From NCBI RefSeq assembly GCF_002803295.2, contig NZ_PGGB02000001.1, positions 74,290 to 106,289 on the forward strand: a DNA stretch of 32,000 nt. The letters run 5' to 3'. Of the stretch, positions 29,832 to 32,000 are shown one piece after another. Both the position numbers and the translations under genes were made by a program. Below the pieces are notes generated by a model. It was not told the DNA's origin. It worked only from the letters and a program-made list of their open reading frames with translations, and did not search any database. The stretch's first letter is position 1. Each line of letters begins with the position of its first letter. This DNA comes from Caedibacter taeniospiralis (GTDB taxonomy: Bacteria > Pseudomonadota > Gammaproteobacteria > Francisellales > Francisellaceae).

Positions 29832-29865
29832 CCCTGATTAGGATTATAGTAATCAGGGATTTTTA
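29832..29865 (+). terminator. Putative Rho-independent terminator
   Basis: CCCTGATTA-ggattatag-TAATCAGGG perfect 9-bp stem followed by ATTTTTAT. Confidence 0.8.
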
Positions 29866-29894
29866 TATGTTCAACACAATAGAAGGAAGAAAAA

Positions 29895-30428
29895 ATGAAA
29901 AAACTCAATCTGCTTAGCATCATTTCAGGTACCGTTTTACTATCAGCGTGCGCAACTCCGCCTAACACGTCAGCGCCTGCTTTAGCCAACGAAAAGAGTG
30001 AGGCTGGCGCTCATGCGATGATGGGAGCATCAGAATTATTTGATAGCGCAGAAGCAACAGAAACGACTCATGACACTACATTACCCACCTCAACAGTTAA
30101 ACTAAGTGCTAAAGACGGTCGCTTAACTGCTAAAGTGTATACGGATTGGAATGGAGCAAAACAAGGCACTTTAAGACTTCACTGGATTGCACCAAGCGAG
30201 TCACATTGCATGAGCACTACTTTCCCAATTATGAAATACAAAGAAGCAAGCGACTACTCGTGGGCTTATAGAACACTGCAACATGAAAGTGCCGATGGTT
30301 CTATCGCTTGTCCTGGTGTGTGGAAAGCAGAAGTGCTTTACACTCCAACCAAAGTCGTTGTGGGCAAGACCGAGCTTAATGTCTCTGCTGAAAGCACACT
30401 GACGCCAACTAAAGCGGCAACTAAATAG
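29895..30428 (+). CDS. Predicted lipoprotein of unknown function
   Basis: Signal peptide and lipobox MKKLNLLSIISGTVLLSAC. No family recognised. Confidence 0.75.
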   Translation: MKKLNLLSIISGTVLLSACATPPNTSAPALANEKSEAGAHAMMGASELFDSAEATETTHDTTLPTSTVKLSAKDGRLTAKVYTDWNGAKQGTLRLHWIAPSESHCMSTTFPIMKYKEASDYSWAYRTLQHESADGSIACPGVWKAEVLYTPTKVVVGKTELNVSAESTLTPTKAATK

Positions 30429-30511
30429 TTTTTTGACAAGTCCTTGGTATTCTTTGCCTATCCAGAAAAATGGGCTTAGGCAAATTTTCCGCCCAAACAA
30501 AAGTCACGGTC

Positions 30512-30531
30512 ATTCCCGCGAAGGCGGGAAT
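30512..30531. repeat. Short perfect hairpin ATTCCCGC-gaag-GCGGGAAT (REP-like intergenic element)
   Basis: 8-bp perfect arms, 4-nt loop, in the context gtcATTCCCGCgaagGCGGGAATccag. Confidence 0.8.
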
Positions 30532-30654
30532 CCAGCTTTTAAATGACTCCTGCAACCTCGCATAGGGTGACAGTGGGCGGGAAGATGGTCGGAGCCGAAA
30601 AATGACTGATCCAGTAAAAATTTAAGAGCGCAAGCAACCTCGCAAGGATCAGTT

Positions 30655-31812
30655 ATGCACGCACTCAACAAAAACACAATAGACGCCTTAATAGACATCC
30701 ACAGTTACTCACCACCTGAACTTGATGTCAAGAAACATTACAACTCGAGCTACCAACATGTCTTACTCACTGGTGCCAACGGCTATTTAGGCGTTCATCT
30801 AATTGATGAGCTGCTTAAACACACAGACGCTTTGGTTTATTGTGCAATTCGAGCAGAGTCAATATCAGAAGCCCAGAAGAAACTCGATCTTAACCTACAT
30901 CGCTATGGCTTCTTTGAGCATACAGCCAACCCGAGGCTTTATATTGTTTTAGTTGACCTGGCTAAACCGCAACTTGGATTAGAGGGTCTAAAATGGCAGG
31001 CAATGTGTGAAACCATTGACGCCATTTATCACAACGGTGCGTACGTCCACCACCTGCAAACCTACGAGCGCATGGCTCCCACTAATGTCGGCAGCACAAC
31101 GGCAATCATTGAACTGGCAAGCCAAATAAAACTTAAACGCATTCATTTCATCTCAACTAAATATGCTGCGGTTAATTGCGTGTCAACCATCGCCAAAGAA
31201 GGCATGCCTACTATTGCGCCTATTCATCCTGATATTAGCTTCGGCTATACCACCACTAAATGGACAGCTGAATGGCTATTGTGGAAAGCACAAGAAAATG
31301 GCATCCCTGTTGATATTTATCGCTTGGGTCAAATCACAGGACAATCGACAAGTGGCAAGAGTAATTATGAAAAAAACAATTTAACTCATTTTATCTTGGG
31401 CTGTATCGACATGGGTTATGCACCTGATTTACAAGCACAGCACGAGATGATTCCAGTTGACCAGGCTGCCAAGAGCATCATATCTCTGTCTTTGCTGACA
31501 TACCAAAAAGCCAATGGCTGGAACCTCGTTAATAATTTACAAATTACGCATGGTGATATCTTTACGATTATCAATGAACTCGGTTATTCTATCAAAAAAT
31601 TGCCACCTATCATTTGGCGCGAAAAACTCCAAAAAATTGATCAAAGTAACCCGCTTTTTCCCTTAATTTCTTACTATAACAATGACGAAACGATGCCTTT
31701 TATCACAACAGAAAATCACAAAACCATGGTCGCATTAAAAAAGCTGGGCATCAATATTACTGAAGATTATCACGCGCTTTTTAAACGCTATCTTCACTAT
31801 TGGCAGAGATAG
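30655..31812 (+). CDS. Stand-alone thioester-reductase-like extended SDR (NRPS R-domain/Lys2-like)
   Basis: VLLTGANGYLGVHLIDELL nucleotide-binding motif, YHNGAYVHHLQTYERMAPTNVGSTTAIIELA, GYTTTKWTAEWLLWKA (Y-x3-K), DIYRLGQITG. Confidence 0.85.
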   Translation: MHALNKNTIDALIDIHSYSPPELDVKKHYNSSYQHVLLTGANGYLGVHLIDELLKHTDALVYCAIRAESISEAQKKLDLNLHRYGFFEHTANPRLYIVLVDLAKPQLGLEGLKWQAMCETIDAIYHNGAYVHHLQTYERMAPTNVGSTTAIIELASQIKLKRIHFISTKYAAVNCVSTIAKEGMPTIAPIHPDISFGYTTTKWTAEWLLWKAQENGIPVDIYRLGQITGQSTSGKSNYEKNNLTHFILGCIDMGYAPDLQAQHEMIPVDQAAKSIISLSLLTYQKANGWNLVNNLQITHGDIFTIINELGYSIKKLPPIIWREKLQKIDQSNPLFPLISYYNNDETMPFITTENHKTMVALKKLGINITEDYHALFKRYLHYWQR

Positions 31813-31887
31813 GTTTGGATTGTAGAGACGGGTTTGAAACCCATGAAACCCTGGAAAGTATCTATCAGTGCAAGATAGCAAGCTAGG

Positions 31888-32000
31888 GGTCAGGTCTGAA
31901 ACCTGACATTTTCGAATGCGCGCCTGAGCGTAAACCCACTTCACTTGCACCAAAAAAAGTTACCTACTTCGGCTAGTGTCAAATTTCAGGTCTGACCCCC
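31888..32000. repeat. Inverted-repeat-bounded short element (MITE/REP-like), possibly extending past the window edge
   Basis: Left end GGGGTCAGGTCTGAAACCTGACATTTTC; the reverse complement of the right end reads GGGGTCAGACCTGAAATTTGACACTAG. No ORF between. Confidence 0.75.

Overview
The window is an ordinary gammaproteobacterial chromosome backbone with several unusual local arrangements. The lineage is inferred from gene content, roughly Legionellales/Coxiella-like, and is not proven. Backbone genes: degraded phoR remnants, tpiA, glmM, glpX, a LysR regulator, a TehA/SLAC1-type transporter, coaBC, mutL, ilvE, rpsJ, fusA, rpsG, rpsL, yraN, prlC, an M50-like peptidase and an Mth938-like protein. 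The main points of interest are: (1) a tightly packed minus-strand array (about 7471-15290) of eight genes, with overlaps or gaps under 10 nt. It encodes a cytidylate kinase fused to an AGE-family (N-acylglucosamine 2-epimerase-like) domain, an alpha/beta hydrolase, a ketosynthase-dehydratase-ketoreductase-ketosynthase block ordered like the aryl-polyene KS/DH/KR/KS core, DapF, and an AstE/AspA-like Zn enzyme. (2) An apparent frameshift or small deletion removes the conserved C-terminal FGG motif of the first ketosynthase. (3) A 736-aa protein has a PilX-like hydrophobic N-terminus and four tandem aromatic/Gly-rich modules resembling carbohydrate-binding modules. (4) phoR is broken by repeat-associated sequence. 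(5) The str/S10 region lacks tuf, and rpsJ is detached from rplC. (6) A short inverted-repeat element lies at the right edge. No RNA genes, CRISPR arrays or complete transposase genes were recognised.
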